Shown: piece after piece, positions 19,501 to 32,700 of the stretch
Layout of the letters: every line of letters begins with the position of its first letter
How positions within the stretch are numbered: position 1 is the stretch's first letter
NCBI GenBank assembly: GCA_001275005.1
Contig: JWZX01003142.1
Span: 1-34,615 of the forward strand
DNA length: 34,615 bases
Direction of reading: 5' to 3'
From: Chrysochromulina tobinii
Taxonomy: Eukaryota
Position numbers and translations under genes: made by a program
The notes under the pieces: generated by a model
Told to the model about the DNA's origin: nothing
The model's input: the letters and a program-made list of their open reading frames with translations, nothing else
Database searches by the model: none

Positions 19501-22500
19501 GGAGATCATCGATAGTGATGGCGCCCTTTTGTACCTTTGAGTACAGGTTGGGAGGTAGTAGAGGCTCGGCGGGCCAACCGTGCGGCTCCGACAACCATTC
19601 GACCTTGAGGCGCTCTTGAAGATCTTGAAGATCGTCATTGTCCTCAGCCTCGGCTTCCTCGTCAGCGAGCCCAAAGTATTTGGGCGTTAGGGTTACCCTA
19701 CCAACAGTCGTTGGAGAGTGGTCTTGTCTACGCGCAGAGGGTTTGGGCGTTAGGGAGACGCGATCTGTTCTTTCTTCAGAGGGATTCGTAGCGGGTCGGC
19801 TGCGAGGCGACTTGGCATCGGAGTACGTGCCGGTCTTCGCGCTCTCAGAGTCGGCAGGGCTTGCTAGGCTGCCACGGAGTCCACTCAGATATCCATGATT
19901 TGTGACAACAAGCCAGTTCCAGCAGCCTTTTCCTTGGCCTCTACCGCGGCCTGCGTCAGATGATTCACTTGCTGCACCGAGTCAGGTTTCTCGCGCGAAG
20001 CTTGTGAGTCAGGGGCACGCTGTTGGATGGACGGTGGCAGGGACGCGCTGACCGGCTTGGGCCTGACCGGCTCGCGCCTGACTGGCTCACGCAATCCCAG
20101 CAATCCCAGCTCCAGCGTCAAGTCTGTGGCATTAGACTTGAGAAACGCCAGAATGCTAGGATCTCGCTCCTCTAGCCATCGTTGTTCGATGGCCACTTCG
20201 AGCCGCTGCCGCATTCCACGCAAGGAGGCACTTCGCCAACTGAAGGATTCAGCTGTTGCGTCTTCAGCGTGGCGTAGAGCATGGGCAACCCGGAGAGCGC
20301 TCATCAATGCAGCCTCGCGTACATGCGCCGAGGAACCTCTTTGCTTCAACAGGACAGCCGTCAGGTCTTCGGGAATGATGCTCGGAGGCAGGAACGACTC
20401 AAGCACATATCTTGTATCATCTTCCCACGCCTGTTTCGCCTCTTTGCTGTCTGTGGACGCCGTCATCGATGCAGGCATCTGGGCAACGTGAATGTCAACG
20501 CGCGCCTTCATACTTGCGACCTCATCTTCATTCACCGCAGCGAGCCATCGATTCATCCGCTCCTTGAGACCGAGGTCTGCCTCGAGGAGCTTAGCGAAGC
20601 TCGAGTCCACCTCTGCTCTGCTCCCAGCGGCGGCCAGTGGCATTTGCCTGAGCACAAACTCAGCAGCTTCGGCGCTCACGAAGCAAGCCTGGAAGGTCAC
20701 CTCCAGCTCGTGTCTCGTCGATGCCAACGTAGGAGCGAGCTCCTCATATGACTGACGGCTGACAGACAAGAATGCGGACAGCACCTGCTGACTCATCTTC
20801 ACACTAATATCCAAGCTTGCGGTGCATGTCTCGAGCGTTCTCTGGTCCGATTCTCGCCTTGTTCGGTTGCCAGATGCATGAAGCAGAGGCTCCCCAATCG
20901 AGAAGACCGGGGCTGGCGACTTGGTGGTGGACAGGAGAGACTGCTGAATGACAACAACAGTGGCACTAAGAGCTGTGAGCTTCTCTATCAAAGCTGCCCT
21001 ATGTTCATGCCCAAGTGGCTCCAATGATCGTGCCACCTGGTCACGACACAGCTCGTAAGCTTCACGCGTGCTTGCAAGCTGTTGTCCCAAAACTTCATGC
21101 ACCGCCGCCGCAGCTGTTTGCGCTCGCATGCTGTGGCTCTCTAGGCAATAGCATACTCTAGCTGCAGCCCCTTCCAGGGTGCGATGCACAGGCTGACGTC
21201 GTTGCCAAAAGAGACTCGCCATCTCGGGTCCGAGCGAGTATTCATGGCTGAGTTGTGAGCCTTCGTTTGACTCGGCGTACAGACCGAAGGGAACCACCTC
21301 AAGAGCTTCCCAGAAGTGCGAGTGCAACGTCTGCCGCCACCGTGCGATAGTGGACTGCCATGAGTCCGTCGTGTCCATAACGCTGTTCGTGCGCATCAAC
21401 GCTCGTACAGCGTCAAGGATGACGTTGGCATCTCGCCCATTTGCAGCGTACTCCCCCAAGTCTTGTAGTCCTGCTAAGGGCCTTGAATACCTAGCCAGTT
21501 CTGCCCATCTCTCTGGAGTCAGCTGTGATGCACCGCGCATCATCTGAAGCTGCAAGGATCGGCGAGTTTTCTCGTCCTCTGAGCCCAGCGGTTCAATGTC
21601 ACGCATTGGAGGTAGTAAAACCAGCACTGTGCTGCGCGCCAAGGCAGGACGTAACTGACTCATCTGCCATCGAATGTGGCGGCAGTGCATCTTGAGGGCG
21701 CCGACCAATTGTCCAACGGCCTCATGCCTTACGCGCGCCTGATGCTGCGTCCATTCAGCCACCTCCGATGCCAAAGTCGTCTCGTGCTCCTGAACCAGGG
21801 CACGCGCCGCAGCCGGATGAGCCGCCTGCTCCTCGTCAAGGGCGGTGACGCAACTTTGGTCCAGCACTTCGCCATAAACTACGAGGAGCCGCGCCTGATG
21901 CGCAGCCTCCAAGTCGCTGCTCTCTTTCGCTTGACGCTCGTACAGCCATGCAAAGTGCTCTCGCCACTCCTTGAGCTGCTCATCCTCGAGCCGTTGAATG
22001 CTGGTGTCCCACAGATGTCCGTTCGCGGCCTCCCATGTAGCTTGGCGATATGCATCGATAGTGGCATCCAGCTGCGATATGTCATGCTTTGGACCAGCCG
22101 AAACAGGGAGCCAAGCTTCATGCAGCCTGCCAGCCTCGTACTCCACGCTCTTGGGCATCCGGAACAGTCCATACAAGTTTTTCAAGCGCAATACCGCCCC
22201 ATGCGATACGTCGGGGTGCTTAGACGCGCTCGGAATAGACGACGTTTGGGGCGAGGCTAATGATTGGTGATTATCGTCTGAGGCAGGTAACCCATCAGGA
22301 ACTTCACAACTGTTGCCGCGGTTGCATTCCTCGTCGATCCGCCACTCCAGGTAGTTCAACGCGCTCTCGAGCACTTCGAGCCGCGTGGCGATCCACCTTG
22401 GGCCAGCATCGACGCGCAAGCAGCGATGCCGTCCCCCAGGCTCATCACGCTGTGTTCCATGCTCATGGAGATGGATGAGCTCGTCGCTAGGCTCATCTCC

Positions 22501-24723
22501 GAGCTTGAGGAGGGCATTCTGCACTTGTTCGAGCACCCGTGCCTCAAGATCCTTCCAGCATGCCTGACCACGCTCATGCCCTCGATTGTAGGTGGTGATA
22601 AGCTCGAAAAAGCGCTCCATGGGTGGCTCCGAGCCGTCGATCTGCACGACAGGGAAGACGTTGGAAATGTCTTGACCAGCGAGACTGTAGACTGGCCTGC
22701 CCAACCTGTGCGTCTCCCTGTGATATGGCGAGCTCTGCCATTCAAGAGGCGCGGTTATGGTGGGCACGCCTTGGTCAGAGGAGTGATTCTTGTCTAGCTG
22801 CCATCGTGTCGGGCGTGGCTCGAAGCGGTAGCTGTTGACGCAGTCGAGAACAAGCGAAGTGAGGTCCACGGTCAGAGATCTCTCACGCGAATACACCCGT
22901 TTGCCGCTCTCATAGAGCGCTGCCAGCATTTCATGGGCACGCGTCAGCAGCGGCCACATGGCTTCGGCATCCTGCTGCGCTCTACCAAATGTCCTTCGCA
23001 GCATGCTTTCTAGGTGCTCAGCGACACCCATCAGAGTGACAGCGAGGGCCTCCCACGGCTCATCGCCGGCCATATTGAGAAAAGACGCCAGTGGCGCTTG
23101 CTGTGCTTTGCTGACGAGACCCTCTGAGCCCTCAGTATTGTCCAAGCCGCTCTTACGAAGCAGTTTGACGAGCGAGGGAAGCTCGTCGCTGAGGTCGTCC
23201 GCCAGCGCTGCAAAGCTTTGCGCGAGGCATTCGTTCAGGATGGCGAAGCCCTTCTTCACCCATACGTTGAGTTGACCCTCGCAGACTGAGCACGCCCATC
23301 GCAGCAATCGGATCGTGGCAGATTGTAGCTCGACAGGCAGCTGCTCATCGCCGTGCCGCAGCAAGCCTACGATTGCACCGGAGGAGCTCAGCAATCTGTC
23401 CCTGCTGTGGCCAGTCTCAGCCGATTCGGATCCGAAGCAGACGACGTTGATGAGCGCGTCGGGTACGGCTTGAATGACGCTTCCAACGGCGAGCAGGACG
23501 TCTGCGAGCAGACGCGCAAAGTCCGCGGCAACGAGGCAGGCTGCCTCATCAACGTAGACACGATGCAACGCTCCGAGTAGCTTGGGAATCTCAGCCCGTA
23601 TTTGCCGTGCCGATGGCCCGGCAGGATCCATCTGCAAGGCTGCACGCATGATGGCAGAAGCCTCTGCGAGCGATGCGAGCGCCTCATACACCCGAATGCA
23701 TTCGCGCTGATCGGCGGTCTCCCACGCCGCGTTCAGGGGCCCACGCAGGCCATGGTGGAGGCTAGCGTCGAGCGTTGGGTTGGCAATAGCAGCAGCAGCT
23801 CCTAGGATGGCGCGGCCTGTGCTGACAAAGAGCGAGGCCGGTTGACTGAGGTCTGGAACGCTTCGAAGGCCGACTTCAAGCCGTCGAAGCTGCAGCGAGA
23901 GTAATGCTCGCGGCTTCGCATCCAGCGGCGCCTGCGCTAGAAGCCCATACATGCGGCCGATCAAGTCGAGCCACGTTGCCTCTGCTGCCGCCGCTTCTGT
24001 AACCACCGTTGAACCGCCTGCTGCTGCTGCTGCCGCTGATGCTTCGTGGCTCTTGCGCATGCTGGTACCACACAACTTCCGCCATCGAAGATTGTCGGCC
24101 TCACCCGTCATGGCGAGTTCACGAATAGATGGCAATAGCCGGCCAAGAGCAGTAAGAAGCTCGACAATGACTCCATAGCGTGGTTGCGCCGACGACACCT
24201 GCGCACTCACTGTCGCCACTGCTGCTTGTAGAGCTGTCCTCCACAGCTGTTCGAGCGATTCGCGAGCAAGCGCCCACCGCTTACTGCGCTCGGTCCATTC
24301 GACGGCGGGCGCGTCAAATTCGATGCCAGGCGCGATATAGCGAAAGCAGTTCTCGCAGCGGAAGAGCTCGATGTGATCTATGCGCGCATGCAAGGCTTCA
24401 AGCACGTCGTTGGCTTCGGTATTGAGTGGCTGGCGATGGATGTTGCGGAGGCGCTGGAGCAGGGTCGTATCGTCTGTGCAACTTGAGGCCAAGATAGAGC
24501 CAAGCAGGCGCGTGTAGCACGCAAGCAGCTGCTTTCCGTCATAAGCGTCAAGGTCCCTGTCGCCTGTGCCATCGGAATCAGCAGCTATAAGTAGAGCGGC
24601 CATGCTCTCTGCAGCGTGAGCTGCATGCTGCATTACTGCCGCATGCTGACGCGCCTTCGTAGGCGACTGCTGCTGCTGCTGGTCGAGCTTGGCTCGTGAC
24701 CCTCGCAGCTGCCGTGGCGGCAT
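16516..24723 (-). CDS. Very large (~2,700 aa) unknown protein: helical/coiled-coil body, IQ calmodulin-binding-type motif, two C-terminal SelW/SelT/SelH (Rdx)-like domains; split into three ORFs by two frameshifts (~19900 and ~17685)
   Basis: The frame of ORF 17669..19594 stays open up to ~19981 and overlaps the end of ORF 19885..24777; ORF 16516..17730 overlaps the middle ORF inside an Rdx-like domain; IQ-like AAKQLQRYSRGFVSR; two IEYC...PRxGxFEV...FSKL..G.(W/F)P units. Confidence 0.62.
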
Positions 24724-24906
24724 GCCCGCCGCGCCCTTGTTGCAAAGTGTGTCTTGGGGCAAACGGTTCCGCAACACGAAGTCGCGATTCGTCCACGGCT
24801 TGTCAGCTTACGAAAGCATAGATGACGTGAAGTTGCTCGTGATCGGATGGAACGCAACGTGCAAGTCTCCAAACTTCTGGTCGCCAAGTCTCATGTTTCG
24901 CCTTGA

Positions 24907-25686
<780 letters not shown>

Positions 25687-26535
25687 ACTACGCAGGGCGC
25701 CGCAGCGGCAGGGATCGACTCAGGCGAGGGTGTGGACTCGAGCGGGGAGGACGGGAGCGACGACGGGTGTACGCGCCGGCGGAGGCAGCTCGCCCACGCT
25801 CTTAACGATTCATACTACGAAAGGCGTCCCCCCATGAGGCAGGCGGCGTGGATCGCGGCTCGCGGCGTGCAGGTCTGCAATCGGCGAGGATGGCGATCCC
25901 GCCCTGCTGCGCGTGCGTTCGCTCCGCTCTTCACCATGGGAGGGGCAGACGGGGCGGGGCATGCTAGCCGTGGGGACAGTGCTTGTGGTGAGCGTTCTCG
26001 TGCATGGTGCACGCGCGGTGTCACGTCGTACGAGACGTGACCGCTGTGGAAAAGGGGACATCAATCAGCCCCTCGTTACGAGTATATCATTGAGTTCTGG
26101 TGTGTGAAATGGACATCATAAACGCAGCCAGCAGTCGCAAATAAGATAATTTCTGTGGGGAACTGTGGGGGCGTCTCGCAGATACGCAGTACGCAGACCG
26201 GACCGGTCCGTCGAGCCGGGCTCGAATCGGGTCGAAATGGCGGCCGCACCGGGTGCGGCGCGGCACGGCTCTGCCCACTGCCGTGCCGCGGTGCGGTGCG
26301 TCCGGTCGGCCCGCCGAGCCTACGCCGAGCCGGCGTCGCGGACGCGCCGGGTCGCCCCGCCCGGGATGGCGGGGTGAGGTGCGGCCTCGCGCATGGATCT
26401 GAGCATTACCACCCCCGCTCGCGCGCTCCACCGCACTAACCCCGCCCCCAGCCTGCCTGCTCGAGCTCTATGAGCGTTTGAGCGTCCGACTCTCACTCTG
26501 CTCTCAATGGCCGTCGGCTACGGCGGCGTTGCACC

Positions 26536-27906
26536 TCAAATTCTGCGTGGCGCACTGCCGCCCAAGATGGCACCTATCTTGCTCGCCATTTTTGCTCCGC
26601 GCTCCACCGCCTCGTCGAGCGCTGCCATCGACTGCTCGGCAAGCGGCGCCGCCTGGTCGTAGAAGGCCGGGCACATAGGCTCACATTGAGAGAGGACGTC
26701 ACGCACGTCGTTATACAGCCGGCGGCGGAAGGCGATCACCGCGCCCAGAGAGCACAGGACGACGGCTACGAGCGTGAAGTTCGATCCCTCGGCCGGCGTG
26801 CCGGGTGCACCGTTGCGCAGGAACTGACGTACCAGGAACTGAGGTCGCTTGAGCATGTCGAGCCTCGTGACGCACGTCTCGCCGCGCGGCATCGGCCACG
26901 CGGGCCATGAAGGAGCCTTTGTGCTCTCGTTCACGTTGCACACTCGAGCGATGAGCGCCGGCCTGGCGCACTCGACGGGCGGCGGGAGTGCGTGGTAGTG
27001 TAGGTTGGCGAGAAAGACGCAAGCTGCATATTGGCCATCTTGTGTTGGCTTGCTCGAGCACTGCAGTAGCTCTTTGAAGCCCTGCGGCAGGTGCTCGGCG
27101 TTCGTGCTGAGGGGGTTCAAAGCAGCCTTACTCGTGCCAGCGACCTTGTTGCGGAACAGGCACGACGTCGCGTGTGTGAACGTCCGAAAATACAGCGCGG
27201 CGACCGGGCCCGATGGCACAATGGCAAAGCTCATGGCGTGCACACCGCGCGGCGCAAGCACGCGGTCGAGAGGCCATGAGGACACGTTGACGCGCAGCGC
27301 GGTGGCGAGCGGGTGCACGAAGAGATGGTCGGGTCGCACCCGGATGATAAAGTCGAAGCGCTCGTCGCCGCGGCCAACCTCATGCTGGCGCACGAGGGCG
27401 TGGCAGAGCTGCATCGAGTAGAGCGACGCCACGTAGGTCGGCATCTGGTCTGTGTCTTCGGGGTGACACGGCTGGAAGAGGTGCCGGGCGTCGGACGAAT
27501 TGTAGTAGGTGACAGCCTTGAGCTCCGGCTGCAGATGCAGCAGAGCACGCCGGACCACCTGTCTCATCGACAAAAACCTCATGAGCGTCACGTTGTACTC
27601 CATACCCTGAGATGCGGAAAGCGCGCGCATGTGAGAAGCAATAGCGCAGGCGTGCGATGCGCCTCCGGAGCGGACCTGCGGCGAAAAGGTGTCGTACGAG
27701 AGCGCAGCGAATGCGCTGGCCGAGTATGAGGTCGACTGGAGGACGTTTCTCTTGAGCGCGCGCAGGATGGGCACGGTGGCGAAGGAACGAGCGGCTCCGG
27801 CGATGCACACGGCCACCTCGGGCAGATCCGTGGGCGCTCCACCCTCGACGTGGTGGACCTTCACGCGTCCAGCCGCCGCGAGCATGCCGACGACGAGCCC
27901 CACCAT
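26536..27906 (-). CDS. Secreted or membrane-anchored glycosyltransferase-like protein of unknown specificity
   Basis: Hydrophobic N-terminus; VAVCIAGAARSF and FDFIIRVRPD motifs of a GT-like uncharacterised family; C-terminal TM segment FTLVAVVLCSLGAVIAF followed by RRR. Confidence 0.55.
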   Translation of the reverse strand: MVGLVVGMLAAAGRVKVHHVEGGAPTDLPEVAVCIAGAARSFATVPILRALKRNVLQSTSYSASAFAALSYDTFSPQVRSGGASHACAIASHMRALSASQGMEYNVTLMRFLSMRQVVRRALLHLQPELKAVTYYNSSDARHLFQPCHPEDTDQMPTYVASLYSMQLCHALVRQHEVGRGDERFDFIIRVRPDHLFVHPLATALRVNVSSWPLDRVLAPRGVHAMSFAIVPSGPVAALYFRTFTHATSCLFRNKVAGTSKAALNPLSTNAEHLPQGFKELLQCSSKPTQDGQYAACVFLANLHYHALPPPVECARPALIARVCNVNESTKAPSWPAWPMPRGETCVTRLDMLKRPQFLVRQFLRNGAPGTPAEGSNFTLVAVVLCSLGAVIAFRRRLYNDVRDVLSQCEPMCPAFYDQAAPLAEQSMAALDEAVERGAKMASKIGAILGGSAPRRI

Positions 27907-28330
27907 TTCTCAGCTACGCGGGCGACCAGGAAGCGACTACTCACCCGGAGCGTGACGACGACGCCCACTCGTCGGGGTCGTCGGGCTGGAGACTGTCACG
28001 GATGTGGGCCGAATTGAGTATTTGAGTTTCAACACAACGCTTTGATTGGGCCAACAATCACACGGACGGAGGTGTGACCGATGGGACCATTCGCGCGACC
28101 GGAACGACGCCAATCTATTGGTGGAGGTGCGCCTCGAGGCGCTCCCGGGCGGCGAGCGGACTCTCCTCGTCGGAAACGCCATGAAACGCGCCAGGTCGAG
28201 AATTCACATGACTGACTTGTTTGAATGTGTCTTAACGTAGAGGGCGCGAGTCGCGCATCGAACGATGTTCATACTTTGTAGAGGCCGATGACTGTGGGAA
28301 AACCCAGGCAGGCGTCGACGTCACATCGCC

Positions 28331-29291
28331 ATGTGAGTCCCTCACAGCGTGCCCTGCGTTGTGGCCCTGTGCGACGCCAGACTCCCGACGCGGTCCTGTC
28401 GCCTGTTGCGTGCGCCATCTCTCTCACGCGCGCTTCCCTCGCTGCCATCTACGTGCAGGGCGAAGGGTGACAAGAAGAAGGCGACTGCCGCGACCGAGGT
28501 GGTGACGCGTGAGTACACCGTCCACCTGCGGAAGCTGCTGCACGGCATTGGCTTCAAGAAGCGTGCGCCGCGTGCCGTGAAGGAGATCAAGGCCTTCGCG
28601 AAGAAGATGATGGGAACGGAGGTGTGTTCCGCACCCACGCACGCTCCGGCCTGTTTGCCGCCTTCCTGCCGCTGCGCTGCTCACCCACAGCTCCAGAGGA
28701 CGAATCAGCGGCCAGCACGCAGCTGCTGTCGCGCCACCCTGCTCGAAAGGGGCCCAAGGGGTGGCTCGTCGGTGTGCTCGCTGCTGGCCTGCCATGGCTC
28801 AGCAGCGCCCAGCACGCAGCTGCCGTCGCGTCACCCTGCTCGAAAGGGGCCTTAGGGGTGGCTCGTCGGTGTGCTCGCTGCTGGCCTGCCAGAGGCCCCG
28901 ACCCAGTGTAGGGCAGCACGCAGCTGCCGTCGCGCCACCCTGCTCAAAAGGGGCCTAAGGGGTGGCGCGTCGGTGTGCTCTCTGCTGGCCTGCCAGAGGC
29001 CACGGCTTCTATTTTTCATTGAATGGAAAACACGTGCGAGGCGCTGCATGTACCGACGCGTTCCGCGCGTGCCCCCCATCGATGCGTCAGGACGTGCGGG
29101 TGGATACCAAGCTCAACAAGTACTTGTGGTCGCAGGGCATCAAGGGCGTGCCCGGCCGCGTGCGCGTGCGCCTTGCGCGGAAGCGCAATGACGACGAGGA
29201 GGCGGCTGAGAAGCTGTACACGCTGTGCACGCACGTGCCCGTGGAGCGCTACCAGTACAAGGGCCTCCAGACGACCGTCGTCGACGAGTGA
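28331..29291 (+). CDS. RPL31: 60S ribosomal protein L31 (eL31); exons 28331..28332 (AT), 28459..28621, 29091..29291
   Basis: [83 protein letters not shown] introns 28333..28458 and 28622..29090. Confidence 0.95.
28710..28995 (+). repeat. Three near-identical 82-bp hairpin-forming repeats in RPL31 intron 2 (cores 28713-28794, 28810-28891, 28914-28995)
   Basis: cagcacgcagctgcYgtcgcgYcaccctgctcRaaaggggccYWaggggtggc.cgtcggtgtgctc.ctgctggcctgcca repeated three times with unrelated 15- and 22-nt spacers. Confidence 0.93.
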
Positions 29292-29770
29292 TGCGGTCGC
29301 TAATCTCTTCGGCTACATGATTGATCTGATATGGGACGTGCCGTCCGTCAGAGGGGTCCTCTCCCTCGCATGTTCGCCACTCGTCGCCCGCCTGTCCCGC
29401 GTAACCCATAGCCTTGTACGTGTTTTCCCAGTTTCTACCTCATTATATTCTCGTACTTTAAGCACTCGATTCGAATAACGGTATGGGTCGCGATCCGCAC
29501 TGTCGAACGGATTCGCGATCAAGATCATCCAGATCATGGTCGATGCCGCTTGGAGCGGTTCTGAGGTCAGGTCTAGCACCTGCCATATCGCTGAGGAAAT
29601 GACGCTTTTTTTTGCCCAGGAGGTGTCCAGAGGGTGTTTCGAGACTCCCTGGGGTTAGTACGGGGGCCCCGGAGGCGCGGGGGGGGCGAAAACTTTTCAC
29701 GTGTTCAAAACGACGCGATCGTGGAACGAAGGCGCTTCGTCACTATGCGGATCGTGGAACGAAGGCCGTC

Positions 29771-32700
29771 ATGCCGGAGCTCGTCACGCCTGAGCTCACG
29801 CTCATTCGCGTTGCTGATAAGGAGGCGCTGAACGAGTACGCCACGGCTCGCACAGCTGCCGGGGCCAGCGTGGACAGACACCTTAAGGCGAATCTGTCGC
29901 AGCTGTTGGGTTTTGACCAGGTTGGAATTGATCGAAAGAAAAGATGGGAAGCTTCAGATGGGACAAGCGGCACATTCTACAATCTGGCAGACGTCTCGTG
30001 GTTTTATCACGCAGGCATTCAAGAGGCGATCCCGCTCTTCGGCACGGCTGCTGCGAAGCACAGACAGCTTAAGCTCCAGCATCACATCACCGATGGTGTT
30101 GACGTGTTCAAGCAGGTCATGGAAGGCAAGCGCTCTTCCAGAGAAGGATGGTTTTGTGACCTGCCGCCCCCAGCGCTAGCCATGCTACCTGATGGTGCTA
30201 GTATCATTGGACTCGCCGCTGCGCGGAATCATGGGGCGGCAGGCACCGTGCTGCCAGACGCGCCACCCGTTGCCATCACCGCACCCGCCGTCACCGCGCC
30301 AGTCACCGCGCCCGTCGCCGTCGCCGTGCCCGCCGCGGCGCTCGCTGCAGCCGCCGCTATCCCCATCGCTATACCCATCGGCCACCTGCCTCGAGCGACT
30401 GCCGTGCCGGCTCTCAGCGAAGGCAGCATGGTGTCGGCCGAGGAGGCCCTCACGGCAGTAATGGAGGCGGCCAAGCTGACTTCCCAGGCGTACGATGCAG
30501 TGATGCAAGAGGATAGCGAGCGCCATCGCCTGGAGACCGAGTCGCTGCGCGAGGAGATTGCGCGGCAGCATGAGCAAAGCGAGCGCCATCGCCAGGAGAC
30601 CGAGTCGCTGCGCGAGGAGATCGCGCAGCAGCATGAGCAGAGCGAGCGCCATCGCCGAGAGAACGAGTCGCTGCGCGAGCGATCATGCGCGGTCGAGGAC
30701 GAGTCGCAGCACCTGCGCGAGTTGCTCGCCGAGTCGCACTCACAGATTGAGATGATGAAGAAGCAGTCGGTCAACGCCAAGAACTTTGGCTTAGTACTGG
30801 ATTTACGAAAGGATCTCCAACATGAGCGACTTGCTCGTCAGGTCAACAACGATTTGCTCAAGGAGCAGCTGCAGCGCGCGACCGAACGCATTGAGGAGCT
30901 GCTCAAGGAGCGCGAGCGCGAACGGTTCGAGGGGCGCCACGCATCAGAAGTCGTGACCGACATGATGATCGACGAGGGCGAGTGCCTGCGAGAGCAGCTC
31001 ACGACCAAGGCGAAGGCGCGCAAGACACTCGCAGGTGCGTCGGCCGTGCCGCAGACGGAGCTCACCTCCCGGCATGTCAACCGGCTTGCGCAGCACATCG
31101 AGGCTGTGCTCTTTGGTGCGGGGCGTGGCGATCTGGAGCGCACGAAGCTGCTGCTCGCCGCCGTCCTCGATCGACCCGTCGTGCAGCGGCTCCTCGGAGC
31201 TGGGGCGCCGCAGACGCTCAGAGCAATTGAAGTATCAAGGGCGTTGCTGGCGAGCGCGCGTGAGACGCTCGCGCAGCTCTCATCTCACGGCAAGCAGGAC
31301 GAGTTTGATCAGCATGGCCGCCGGAATGATCAACGCGGGACGCGGAGCATTCATGCCCACCTTGCGTTCGAGACGCTCTTGACAGCGCTAATCCCTGACA
31401 ACGCGACCGATGAGGGCATGCTGCGCACCATTGAGCGCATCCTTGGCATCAACCCCGAGCAGGCCGCGCGGGGCGTGAAGCGCAAGCAGGCAGCGGGCGG
31501 CAACGCGTTCGCGTTCGTCGAGGCGCTGCATGCGGGGCGCAAGCGACGCAAGACTGCCATCGACGAAGGGCGCGTCGTTTGCGATCGGTTCTGGCACGCC
31601 AACTGCCGCTTTGACACCAACCCGCGGAAGAAGAAGCGCATTCGCCTCCATGGCCGCAACAAGTACAAGGAGCACTGGCGGCATATTCAGTATGAGACGA
31701 ACGAGGCGATGGCCAAGCTCTTTTTCGCCGGTCACGAGTACTCTCAGTATCTTGAGGGAGGCGGTCAGCCATTCAAGGAGGACATATTCTACAAATCCAA
31801 GTGCCCGTGCATCGAGCAGTCCAAGTTTGAAGAGTGCTCGTGCCCAACATGCACCATCGCCACTGAGACGGTGCGCGCGTGGGATCGGCAGCGTGCCGTC
31901 TGGCACAGGGAGGCTCGCGAGGCGTGCTCGTGCGGCCACTGCGCCAAGGGCGGCGCGTACCGCAGCGCCTCGAGCTCGTTTGCCAAGCTGCGCTCCTTCC
32001 TGCACGCGCCTTGCGGAAAGCGGAGCTTCAACGAGCTCATCATCTCGCAGGGCCCCAAGAGCTGCGAGAATGTCGAGATGTACAAACGGCAGTGCTGCCG
32101 TGTGGCGCTGCCGGAGATCTCGGGGGCGGTCAAGGCGATGGCGGCGGCGGACAAGGCGGCGGCGGCGGCGCTGGCGCTGCGAGGTGCCGCGACGGCTGCT
32201 GCGCGCGAGCCGTTTGCGGCCGACTTGTTTGCCACAGTGGCGACAGAGAAGGCGGCGGCTGAGGCGGAGAAGGCGGTGGCGCCGACGGCGGCCAAGGCGG
32301 AGAAGGCGGCACGAGATGCAGGGTACACCGTGGACGAGATCCGCGAGCTCGGCGACTGCAACCTCTGTGGCTGGGATGCGTGCATGCCATACTGCCCTCT
32401 TGAGTGGGATGCTTCGAAGCCCGCTACGTGGAAGGAGTGGCGCCCACGCATCGAGAAGGATGGCAAGTCGTACCAGTCGGAGCTCCGCACGATCACGGGC
32501 ACTCGCAAGGAGCTCATGGAGCGCGTGAAGGCGATCTACTCGGACGCCGACCCCCATCAGTGGAAGGACTCGTGGCTCACCCAGATGCGCCACTTGCTGT
32601 ACGCCACGGGTGAGGCCGACGAGCTCTTCATCTCGACGGACTTCAGTGCTCAGTTTGACCACAAGTGCGCGTGGACGCTCACATGCGAGCACCCGCCAAG

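Noticed and set aside
16516..19890. TGA stops at 19885 and 17669 read as selenocysteine in an Rdx-like protein
   Set aside because: Neither TGA lies at the CxxU position, and coding continues in a different frame rather than by in-frame readthrough
28710..28995. CRISPR array, tRNA or HDV/hammerhead ribozyme interpretation of the intronic repeats
   Set aside because: The repeats (82 nt) are far longer than the spacers, the context is a eukaryotic intron with no cas genes, and there is no TTC T-loop cloverleaf, no CUGANGA core and no HDV P1.1/P4 layout
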